A DNA stretch of 64,000 nt from Naegleria gruberi (lineage: Eukaryota): the NCBI GenBank assembly GCA_000004985.1, contig GG738931.1, one strand, 5' to 3'. Shown one piece after another: positions 31,163 to 40,924 of this stretch. The notes beneath the pieces are model-generated. The model worked only from the letters and a program-made list of their open reading frames with translations. It was not told the origin of the DNA and made no database searches. Positions within the stretch are counted from its first letter, which is position 1, and every line of letters starts with the position of its first letter. Position numbers and translations under genes: made by a program.

Positions 31163-31785
31163 TTTCGTTAGTGTGTGTAATTGTTATTGTTTGTTAAAGT
31201 TAGTAAAATTCTTCTCCTCCGAAAGTAGTATGAAAAAATTGCTCAAATTGATTGAATCCCAAATGCAAAAGTTTGATTAGAGAGAGAAGAGGTTGTTGCT
31301 TTCTTTTTTTGTGTTGTTTTGTGAGTGAGCAAATTGATTTGGTTTGCATGGAGGTAAAATTTATCATGTCGGTGAATTTGATTGAATCAAGCAAGGCGCC
31401 AAAACCAATCAAATTGAACACAAATGTGAGGAATTGAGGTTCAAGTGGAGAGACGAATTGCAAGTGGAATCATTGAAGAATTGCACAATGCTTGAATACA
31501 TTCATAGGTATTAATAATATATCTTTCTTAATATCTTTAAAAGTGAATAAGTGAATGGTTCGTTATTGGAAAAAAGTGGTTTCACAAGATCTTGTGAAAA
31601 ATTCCATTTGGAAAGAGTTGTTTATGGTGCGAAAATGTGTGTTGATTCTCAATCTCAAAAAGGAGAAAAATAGATGATCACCACATTGTTTTTGCACATA
31701 GGTATTTGATATAAATTAATAATTTTCTTGATGCTCTCTGCTTCATTACTGAGTGAGGAGGAATTTTTTGTGAAGTGAAATATAA

Positions 31786-33447
31786 TTAGTAAGGATATTT
31801 ACATGGTCTCGTGGTTGGTGTAATGTAAGCACTGGTGGTTAAACGGAGAGGTGGCAATTGGAAGCTAATTGAAAATTCCATTTCCATCATAAAGGCAGTA
31901 TATCCCAAAGGTGGATTCTTGACAACGACACGATAGTTCATTCCTGAGGCATCTAATGGTGTGACTGGGGTGAATGTGAAGGCCTTTCCAATAGTGGTAA
32001 TTCTGAAATCTCTTGCATTTGGATTGGTGGCTTGCCACAATTTAACAACAGTTGGTCTAGTTCCATTGGTAATTCTCAAATCGAGTTGGAGTCCAACGGA
32101 GTGAACATCTTGACTGGAGAATTCATAGTTTGGAAGATTAATACCATAGAGATGGGCATAATAATCGACTAAAACAGCATCCATCATATCACTGCCTTCC
32201 ATATTGTGTCCAGTATTTGGCAGGTATTTCAATCTCTTTTCACCAACAAGATGAGGATAACCATTTGGAGACAAGTCTGGCCAGAAGAATTCATCTCCCA
32301 TACTATAGATCAAGAACTTGTTAATGTTGGCATATCTTTCAGTGTAGACGAGTGGATCCAAAATTCCAGCCAATGCATCAAATTCCTTAGTATTCAACCG
32401 GGTGACAATTCCTTGATCCATGTAAGAATCCATTGCTTCAGGGAATTTACACAAACTATCATAAGTTTCCATCAAATTTTTCTTCAAATCCAAAACAGCA
32501 ATAACCATAGGAATGATATTTTTCACTCTCTTATCAACAGCAGCAAGAAGCCAAGTGGTCCAACCCTTCTTACTAGTTCCTTGAACTGTGAATTGTTCAA
32601 TGGTGTGTCCTAATTCTTTCTTTGCAAAGTCTTGAATAGTATCCAATCCCTTTTGTCCAGCTCTTGTCATTGGCAAGTGAGCAATCCAATAAGGTTTACT
32701 AGTGTCATTCATGAAATGTCTCCAAGTAAATGCAACAATTCCGTCCTCAGCTCTTTCCTCTCTTTTTGGATCAGCTTCAAATACAATTGCTTGATTAGGA
32801 ACTTGCATCATTTCAGTAACAATTGTACCAGTAGCAACAGCAATCTTGGTCAAATCAGCAAGATCATCCAAATTTGGAGTCTTGTCAGTATTTCTCTTTC
32901 CAATCATCCACAACAGTCCTTCCTTCTTATCTCTATTCAAATTATGTGGTACAATTACCAACATGAAATGCCACCAAACATATCGTCCATTCAAAATATC
33001 TTTTGGTGAAAGCCACACTTGACTTGTCATGTTCAACACATAGGTAGTAGCAGCAAGCCCATGCATGGTATTGATCAATCGATATGAATAATTATTATCC
33101 GGATAAGATTCCATAAATTCATCCAAGGCTGTTTTTTTAAAAGATTGATCAGCCTTTGAAGATGAAACCTTCCCAACACGAGAATTTACTTTTTCTCCTC
33201 TGATCAATTTCATAGAAGGAACAAGACTTCCCTCCACTACTGATGATGACGATGTATTAATCAACAGCAATACAATACTGTACATCAGCACAACACTACC
33301 CAACAACAACAAGACTCGCATCATTTTTGAAGATTCATTTCCAGTACTCGATAACGAACGCGAAAATTCCCTCCTCTCAAATTGTGGCATTTTTTTAAGG
33401 TCGAAAAAGCAAGTGAAAATAAGATGTGAATTTCTTGGAAGGTTCAT
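31786..33447 (-). CDS. PhoPQ-activated pathogenicity-related (PqaA-family) protein homologue, with an N-terminal TM/signal anchor
   Basis: 553-aa ORF with a hydrophobic N-terminus (MMRVLLLLGSVVLMYSIVLLLIN). Blocks such as GTSKKGWTTWLLAAVD are recognised from memory as the PqaA family (PF10142), found in dictyostelids and bacteria. Confidence 0.5.
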   Translation of the reverse strand: MNLPRNSHLIFTCFFDLKKMPQFERREFSRSLSSTGNESSKMMRVLLLLGSVVLMYSIVLLLINTSSSSVVEGSLVPSMKLIRGEKVNSRVGKVSSSKADQSFKKTALDEFMESYPDNNYSYRLINTMHGLAATTYVLNMTSQVWLSPKDILNGRYVWWHFMLVIVPHNLNRDKKEGLLWMIGKRNTDKTPNLDDLADLTKIAVATGTIVTEMMQVPNQAIVFEADPKREERAEDGIVAFTWRHFMNDTSKPYWIAHLPMTRAGQKGLDTIQDFAKKELGHTIEQFTVQGTSKKGWTTWLLAAVDKRVKNIIPMVIAVLDLKKNLMETYDSLCKFPEAMDSYMDQGIVTRLNTKEFDALAGILDPLVYTERYANINKFLIYSMGDEFFWPDLSPNGYPHLVGEKRLKYLPNTGHNMEGSDMMDAVLVDYYAHLYGINLPNYEFSSQDVHSVGLQLDLRITNGTRPTVVKLWQATNPNARDFRITTIGKAFTFTPVTPLDASGMNYRVVVKNPPLGYTAFMMEMEFSISFQLPPLRLTTSAYITPTTRPCKYPY

Positions 33448-33892
33448 TGAAAAAAATCAAACTGCCTATTTGAAGCAACTGTTAAATGGGTCAGAGAGTT
33501 TTTGAAAGTTACACAGACTGTGTGAAAAAAAGCAACATTTTGATGTGAATGAAGTGAATTTAGAGAGAGAATGAAATCCTTACATGTGTGCAACATCTTG
33601 AATACTTGACACTTGTTTCTTGGAATAGATCGAATTTCAAGAAGTGAACTAACAGAAAGTGACCTAAATGATTCACAAATAATATTTTCAAGATTTTGTT
33701 TGGGGAGACCAAATCGTTTAAATATCCAATGGTGTGAAATCTTTCAAAAATTCACTACCGAATTCTCTAACAGATTCCAAATCCTCCAAGTCCAACTTCA
33801 TCACAACCAATTTACCAACAGTATTTCCAAGATGATGGTTTGCTATTGAGCATTTTGCTGAATCGGACGGACCATCCATCATATCTGATTGT

Positions 33893-34275
33893 TCATGATG
33901 AAAGATCTAAGGTAACATAATTATTTCCTATTTCCCTGGTAGTAAGAAGAAAGAGTAGGGGTTATCTGATGAATTTGTATATGAAAGTAGTAACAAGCTT
34001 GATATTCATTACTACTGATGTCTATCAACAAAATTTCACATTGCTGATGATGTTTACATATCANNNNNNNNNNNNNNNNNNNNNNNNNNNNNNNNNNNNN
34101 NNNNNNNNNNNNNCTATCTGAAGTTCATGATGAAAGATCTAAGGTAACATAATTATTTCCTAGGTTATCTGATGAATTTGTATATGAAAGTAGTAACAAG
34201 CTTGATGATATTCATTACTACTGATGTCTATCAACAAAATTTCACAATTGATGATGTTTACATATCAATTAAACG
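33893..34275. repeat. Direct tandem duplication (~170-230 bp per copy) flanking an assembly gap: copy A 33893..34063, copy B 34114..34275, ~90% identical with a 30-bp indel
   Basis: The strings catgatgaaagatctaaggtaacataattatttcct and ggttatctgatgaatttgtatatgaaagtagtaacaagcttgat...gatgtttacatatca occur on both sides of the N-run. Confidence 0.7.
34064..34113. other. Assembly gap (50 N)
   Basis: Run of N. Confidence 1.
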
Positions 34276-34971
34276 AAAAGTGAAATAATTGTTAAAATTC
34301 TCATAATTTCCTACAGAATTTGAAACAAATAAATGATAAAAAGCAAAGCAATTCACTAATTGATGAGCCATTATAACAGTAGTAAGTGAATTAGTTTTCC
34401 TCACCACATAAATCCACAACAATCCCATAATTAGTGGACCACCCACCAAGTTGACTGCGCCTCCTTCATATTGCAAATCAAACCATAAAAACCAAACATG
34501 GTTCAATGCAAACAGCACTGTACTAAGTATCAATTTAGTAGTTGACCTATCATGAATGATGTCATCAATCCAAACTCCTCTCCAATAAATTTCCTCGATA
34601 AATCCATTCACAAGTCCAATACAAAGAGCAAGAATAAACAAACTAATAGAAAATTCAAATTCTCTACATGATGGAATGAATGCAGCAAAGAAAACAAGTA
34701 AAGTTGGAATAAAAGCACTCAAATAAATCATGAAATTTCCTTCACTGCATTTTCCCAATATTTTCATAGAAATATTATTGTATATTGATGATGAATTAAA
34801 CATTAACATCATGATCATCATTAATAGAAACCAATAAACGATCATTCCGAGTGTAAAACTAGAAAGTTTGCTGGTGAGCAAGCTGATGAGGTAAAATAAT
34901 AATCCCACCAATAAAAATGTAAAAATTTGATGAGAAAGATGATGAATTGATTGGTTTTTTAATGGTGTCAT
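34258..34971 (-). CDS. CPBP-family intramembrane metalloprotease (CAAX protease / Abi-like)
   Basis: Multiple TM helices plus the family motifs EEIYWR (EExxxR), FALNH (FxxxH) and HQLVN (HxxxN). Confidence 0.7.
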   Translation of the reverse strand: MTPLKNQSIHHLSHQIFTFLLVGLLFYLISLLTSKLSSFTLGMIVYWFLLMMIMMLMFNSSSIYNNISMKILGKCSEGNFMIYLSAFIPTLLVFFAAFIPSCREFEFSISLFILALCIGLVNGFIEEIYWRGVWIDDIIHDRSTTKLILSTVLFALNHVWFLWFDLQYEGGAVNLVGGPLIMGLLWIYVVRKTNSLTTVIMAHQLVNCFAFYHLFVSNSVGNYENFNNYFTFRLIDM

Positions 34972-35082
34972 TGTAAATATTGCTGAGATGTGATCTTATT
35001 TTTTTTAAATTTTAATTTTGCAATAGTGTTTACAATGCAAGTTGACTATTTAAGTTTAAATTTGTGTTTTTTATTAAAAAAA

Positions 35083-36791
35083 ATGAAAAGAAGTCTCGAT
35101 GAATTTTCTGGCACACACTGCTCAGCTAAGAGTAACAAGATTCAGAAAGTATCATCAGAAAGTGTCATACAAATAGGTAATATATTCAAAACTTTTTTAA
35201 TTCAAAACAAAATTCAGCCGATTTTCCTGATGATATTTGCTATGAAATATTAGAGTATTTGAATTATAAAGATTTATTGTTGGGTGCCTTTCTTGTCTGT
35301 CGACAATGGAATCAAGTTATCAAACAACGGATCGGAGTAAAAATTGTGATTCAAGATGAGCATGTTTTAGAAGAATGGTTTCAAAGTATGGAAAATCAAG
35401 TGGAACCTAGTTATCATATCAAATCTTGGCAAATTAAAAGACTTGTTCGTGGCACAAGATTAGACAAGGAGAAGATGGAAAGAATATGTAAAATTTTGAA
35501 GAAACAAGACAGGTTGGAGAGCCTAATTGATAAGAAAGGTTTATGTTGTCACCATACCAAATTGGTAAGCTCGCTAACTCAGTTGAAATCAATAGTCTTG
35601 AAATTCAATAATATTAACGAATACGAAATGGAGTCAATTGCCTCAATGAATAAGTTAATATCACTGGATATAGGCTGTGCTCGTACTAATCTAGAAGGGA
35701 TTAAGATCCTCAGCTCTAAGGATAACTTTACAGAGCTCAATATTGAATTTTCTTTTTTTGATCAAGTTCCTTATATGGAATACGTTAGTAAGATGACCGA
35801 CCTGCGAAAATTGGACATTTCTAATAATCCTATAAGTTTAAATCGGGCTAAATCTGCTAATTATTTAAAATCACTTGAAAAACTTACCGATTTGACTGTT
35901 ACGTATCTTGATATGGATCTTGAATTTTTGAAATCTATTTCCAATTTGAAATTTCTAACAAGTCTATCTATTTATGGTAATTTGGTGGGGATTGAAGGTG
36001 TTAAAATCATATGTTCAATGTTTCAGTTGAAAAAACTAGATATAACCCTAAATGCCATTGGAGAAGAAGGTGCAAAACTAATTAGCAATTCTCTCAAACA
36101 ATTAAATACCCTCCGTATTGGAGACAATCAAATTGGAGACAAAGGAGCAGAGAGTATTAGCTCAATGAAGACGTTAACAGCCCTTGATTTAGAGGAATCA
36201 AATATTGGACCTCAAGGATTGGAATTTATTTGCCAAATGGATCAATTGAAAAGCTTAATGTTAAATTTTAATACTATAGGTGGTAGTAGGTTACCAATTA
36301 ATGCGCTCACAAATTTAACTGAAATCAGTCTAGTTTTAACAAATATAGGAATAGAAATAGTGAAATCCATAAGCTTGATTACCAAGTTGAGAAATGTTAA
36401 TATTAGTGACAACAGATTGGGAGATGAATGTTTAGAAATTATAGGCAATTCTCTTTTCAATTTAACAGAACTTGATATTTCTGAGAATAATATGACTGAA
36501 AACGGAACCAAATATTTGAGCTCACTAAAAAATTTAACACATTTGAATGCCGAAGATAATAGACTTAATGATGAATCTATTCAACATTTATGTTCATTGA
36601 AGAAGTTGAAGTCTCTGTATATTAATAATAATCAAGTTGGAGACGAAGGCTTTGCACTAATTGCCAATTCCATGAAACAATTACGGTTAGTACACGCCCA
36701 TAATAATAAGGAAACTGAAATTGGAAGAACACTTCTCAAGTCAAGGAAACATTTATTAACATCAGTTTGGCAAGATAATGATGGTGAGTGA
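35083..36791 (+). CDS. F-box / leucine-rich-repeat (RNI-like) protein; 2 exons (35083..35176 and 35218..36791, 41-nt intron)
   Basis: F-box FPDDICYEILEYLNYKDLLLGAFLVCRQWNQVI, followed by ~14 RNI-type LRRs (LxxLxLxxNxIGxxG). Confidence 0.7.
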
Positions 36792-37585
36792 ACCATATTG
36801 GATTACAATTGGAAAGAATTGAATTTTGAAAAAGAAAAACTTACATCAAGTTCATATATGAATTTACAATTTGATGTTAAATACTAAGAATCCATGTGAA
36901 TATTGGTAATTGTAATGAATAATAGACAATATTATATTATTCCATCCATTCTTGGATTTTTCAACATCTTAATCAACTTCATTCGGTGGACCAGCGGGAT
37001 ATTTCCTACTCAGGATTTGTTAATGGTTGTAAAATTCAATGTCCAATGTTGGTTTTCATGCAATTGTTTCGAAAGACTTAAAAGGAGAATTATTTAAGAA
37101 ATGTTTCTGATTGGAAATGATTCAAGGAAAATGTATTATTTACAATCGAATAGTTAAAGAATTCAGTGGAACATTTTCAAACTGAAAACGAAGAATTGGA
37201 GCAATTTTATTATTTATCAATCATTGCAAAATAGAAAGATTAATGAGATTGAAATTTCTGACATGGTCGAACAAAGTCGAGAAATTCTGAAATGAACAAG
37301 ATTCCTCGAACTATTCGAAATACCATTTCCAAACAATTTCGACGTTGGAATTATTTCCTTAATAATATTAGAAAATCCCTCATGTATAACCTATCCATGT
37401 AGTTGTGGCACTATTAACTTTCTACTATTTTCTAATAGTGAAAGAGGACAACAAAACATGTCATCATTCTCAATTCAAAACTTTAGCTTGTACTAGAAAC
37501 TATTAAGATGCCCACTTGTAAATAGCAATTCAAGCAAAAAAGGTGTAACCTCAAGTCATGTAACACTGAGTGTTTATCTGCATGA

Positions 37586-38194
37586 TCTACCAGCATTCAA
37601 GAAGGTGGATATTCCACTATCATTCATAATGTTCCTACCTACAGTAATAGGGGTTACAGTGTTCCTTCTCAACAAGGTTATGGTCAACCTCAAATGGGTG
37701 TTAGCATGAATATGCCAGGTTTTGGAATGACTCAACCACAAACTCAAGTTTCCTACACTCAAACCACAACCACTAATTACATGCCAACCCAACAATATCC
37801 AACCTACAATAATTCTCTTGCTAGACAAATTATTCAAGCTTGTGAAAATGCATCATTTGATAACGATAAGGTTAAGGCAGTTCAAACTTATTCATCTGCT
37901 CAATGTTGTCCAATTAATGGCGCTGATTTGGTTACCATTTTGGATCTCTTTGGTTTTGACAATGACAAGATTACAGTTTTATCTCAATTGAGAAATACTA
38001 ATAACATTTTCCAAATGAATTGTAATGAAGCTGCTCAAGTTTTGGAATCATTTGGATTTGACAATGATAAGTTGAAGGCATTGGAATTACTTTTAATTAG
38101 TATTTATGATAGAAAGCAACATGCTGAAACAATTGTTGGTGGTTTTGGATTTGATAATGATCAATCAAAGGCAAGAACTATTTTATTGAAATAA
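37586..38194 (+). CDS. DUF4476-like protein with four FGFDNDK repeats and a Q/Y/G-rich N-terminus; upstream exon and start not resolved
   Basis: Repeats SFDNDKVKAV, FGFDNDKITVL, FGFDNDKLKAL and FGFDNDQSKAR. The frame stays open upstream of the first ATG back to a stop at 37583. Confidence 0.5.
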   Translation, partial: STSIQEGGYSTIIHNVPTYSNRGYSVPSQQGYGQPQMGVSMNMPGFGMTQPQTQVSYTQTTTTNYMPTQQYPTYNNSLARQIIQACENASFDNDKVKAVQTYSSAQCCPINGADLVTILDLFGFDNDKITVLSQLRNTNNIFQMNCNEAAQVLESFGFDNDKLKALELLLISIYDRKQHAETIVGGFGFDNDQSKARTILLK

Positions 38195-38385
38195 TTTATT
38201 AATATAGATATTGAATTTACAATAAAAATTTAAAAAATTATAGAAAGTTTTTCTGAATAGTCAATCGGATTATGTGATATACTTAAGAAAAGATTGGTAG
38301 ATTTTCACAAAATGATGAGGATGGAAATAGTTGTGCATCTTCATCACGTGTAACATCTTATTCCAAATACTTTTATTCGAAAGGG

Positions 38386-38586
38386 AGAAATTGGAAGAAC
38401 ACTGAAGTCAGGGAAACATCAGCAGCTCGTCAAGTTAATGATGAGTGAATATTTTAATATTTGATTACAATTGGAAGGAATCGAATTTTGAAAATGAAAT
38501 AGTGACCTCAATTTCACATATGAATTTGAACCAATTTACAAATTGAAGTTACCTACTAAGAATAGAAACCGATGCATGTGAATATT
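38386..38586 (+). pseudogene. Duplicated fragment of the 3' end (last ~25 codons plus 3' UTR) of the F-box/LRR gene; source segment 36716..36906
   Basis: About 80% identity over ~200 bp, from gaaattggaagaacac... to ...catgtgaatatt. It contains a stop in the homologous frame and has no upstream exon homology. Confidence 0.6.
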
Positions 38587-38806
38587 CACATAACACGAAA
38601 TTTTCAAAGATAAAACTACAAAAGTCATGGTTTTGATTGAGGATGTTACATTCCAGCCACTCATTTCAACTTTTTGTCTTAACAAAATTGATTTCCTCAT
38701 TTTCTCGGAAGTACGAAAAATCAATAAAAGGCGCGAAATTTTTTAGCTTTTTAAAATAACGTTAAAAAAAAACAAACAAATCAAAATACTCACAAACCCT
38801 CACAAA

Positions 38807-39130
38807 ATGGTCGCTTCAAGAAACGTGTGCAATAAGCAAAATTCCGAAAATTCCGCCACTACAAGTAGCAGTGGTATGATGATCAATAAATCCCACAAGT
38901 TGAAAGCTATCAAGGGTAACACAAGTAGACCAATGCTTACACCTCTCGTTATTGAAAAGAAGTACAAGCAGAAGGCTGTACCAGTTTATCAACCTATTGT
39001 GGAATTAACAGTAGGTGCAGAAGACTTGAATGTCCTTAAGGACGAAACTACATGTTCCTTCTTCTTTGTTGAAGATAAGATTCAAACTGTTGATGATTCT
39101 TGTCATGATGATTTCATTATTGTAATGTAA
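38807..39130 (+). CDS. Small hypothetical protein (107 aa)
   Basis: ORF with an A-rich start context (cacaaaATGg). No recognisable domain. Confidence 0.35.
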   Translation: MVASRNVCNKQNSENSATTSSSGMMINKSHKLKAIKGNTSRPMLTPLVIEKKYKQKAVPVYQPIVELTVGAEDLNVLKDETTCSFFFVEDKIQTVDDSCHDDFIIVM

Positions 39131-39720
39131 ATAACAAGTTGAGCTGAGTTGCCTAAACTCACACGAAATACCATCAAGCCTTTTTGCTCTTCCTTCAACA
39201 CCAACTATTTCCTACCATGCATGCCGTGCGGAACGAACAATTAGTTTTTACTGAAGATATATTACATTAGCAATAATTAATTTGAACATGATTAGTTAAG
39301 TCATCAATCTATTCAACAATACAAAATAATAAACTTGAAAGCCTTTCGGAATTAAAAAAATTAAAATTAAAAAAATATTATTCCGTGATGACACAAGAGA
39401 TCACCAAATTTTAAGTTATTGATCAAAGATAGAATCTATGTTAAATTTTCACCAAAGTTGCTTGAAGCCATAGAAAAATTCAAGATTCTTATCAGTGAAC
39501 TGAAACAATTAACATCACTGTCCTCCTTTGAACTATATCAGTGAAATGAAACAATTAGCATCACTAAGAAAATAAGCGTATGTTTGGGTATTGTTCTTTT
39601 AAACACCGTTGATAAACAAATAGATACACTCCAAATATTCCTTTAAGCCTTTCTTGTTGAAATTATCATCAGGTATTGAAGAGAATAAACTTTAATTTCC
39701 ATTAAATATATTGAAATTCA

Positions 39721-40833
39721 TTACAAATGCTTTCTATGAACGATACTTTCACCAATTTCTTCAAATTCTGATTTCTTAATTGAGATATTATCCACATGAT
39801 GTAGACACGACAATATAGAACCTCCAATCCATGAGGAATATTCTCTCTCTGGTGGACTAATCACTCTAAACTTATATTTGTAATCTGAACTCTGAGAGGA
39901 ATTCAACTCTTGGACAAGTCGTTCAGAGAAATTTGGAATGAGAGTATTACCTCCTGAAAGAATCATATTATCTAGACAATCTCTTTTGAAAATGGGTTCC
40001 AGATTATTGACAGATTTGAGAATTAGTTCGTGAATGGAAGGTTGTTCTGGTTTGTTGATTAGTGAAGGACGAAAGAGAATTTCTGGACATTTGAATTGTT
40101 CAAGACCAAGTGTAATTGTTTGATCTCCAACTTGATAAACCTTCTTACAAATATCAATTCTCTGATTTTCCAATGGATAATCCATGGAAATTTCACACAA
40201 TTTTTCCTTAATTTCTTTAAAGTGGTGTTCAATTCCACTTGCCTTATCAATTGTGAATCCCAAATCATCATGAATTAATTTTCCCATATATTCAGTTAAA
40301 TCCCTTCCACCAAATTCCAACTTATAACAGTATTGAGATATTAACTGTCCATCACAAAATGGTGCTGATTGAGTGAGTCCATCTCCACTTTTCAACACCA
40401 AACCAGTTGTCCTTCCAATTGCTAAAAGTGATGAAAGAGATCGATCGACCAAACAAATTATTGGACTCTGCAATTTTTCAAATAACATTTCAGCAATTTT
40501 CACTCGATTCCTTTTCACAGTCGTTACAGAATTATAAACAATCATTATTGGGCTAGTCAACTCAACGAGATAATCTTTCAATTCGTTTGAAATAATAAAC
40601 TGCAACATTGCCTCCAGATCATTGAAATTAGATATCTGTCCTCCTCTCTCTATCGGAAACTTTAGATCACCATCAATATCTTCAAGATTCAATGATAAAA
40701 ACTTGCTCCGAATTCTTTGAATTTTTGTTGATTTTTTGGCAATAATTGAAGCGGGTAAATCATCACCTCCAATTCCACTTTTAATTGATGAGGAACCAAA
40801 ATCAATAACTGCTGTGCTTGGGTGTTGAAACAT
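39721..40833 (-). CDS. Actin-related protein (divergent actin-fold, Arp-like)
   Basis: VIDFGSSSIKSGIGGDDLP, FPIERGGQISNFNDLE, LSGGNTLIPNFSERLVQEL and ISPPEREYSSWIGGSILS align to the actin phosphate-1, connect and phosphate-2 motifs. Confidence 0.8.
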   Translation of the reverse strand: MFQHPSTAVIDFGSSSIKSGIGGDDLPASIIAKKSTKIQRIRSKFLSLNLEDIDGDLKFPIERGGQISNFNDLEAMLQFIISNELKDYLVELTSPIMIVYNSVTTVKRNRVKIAEMLFEKLQSPIICLVDRSLSSLLAIGRTTGLVLKSGDGLTQSAPFCDGQLISQYCYKLEFGGRDLTEYMGKLIHDDLGFTIDKASGIEHHFKEIKEKLCEISMDYPLENQRIDICKKVYQVGDQTITLGLEQFKCPEILFRPSLINKPEQPSIHELILKSVNNLEPIFKRDCLDNMILSGGNTLIPNFSERLVQELNSSQSSDYKYKFRVISPPEREYSSWIGGSILSCLHHVDNISIKKSEFEEIGESIVHRKHL

Positions 40834-40924
40834 TTTTTTTGTAAAATATTTTTCAAATAGTTTACAATGAATTTAGAAAGTTTAAATTGAATTTACAAAT
40901 ATTTACAGTTTATTTGATGGTAAA

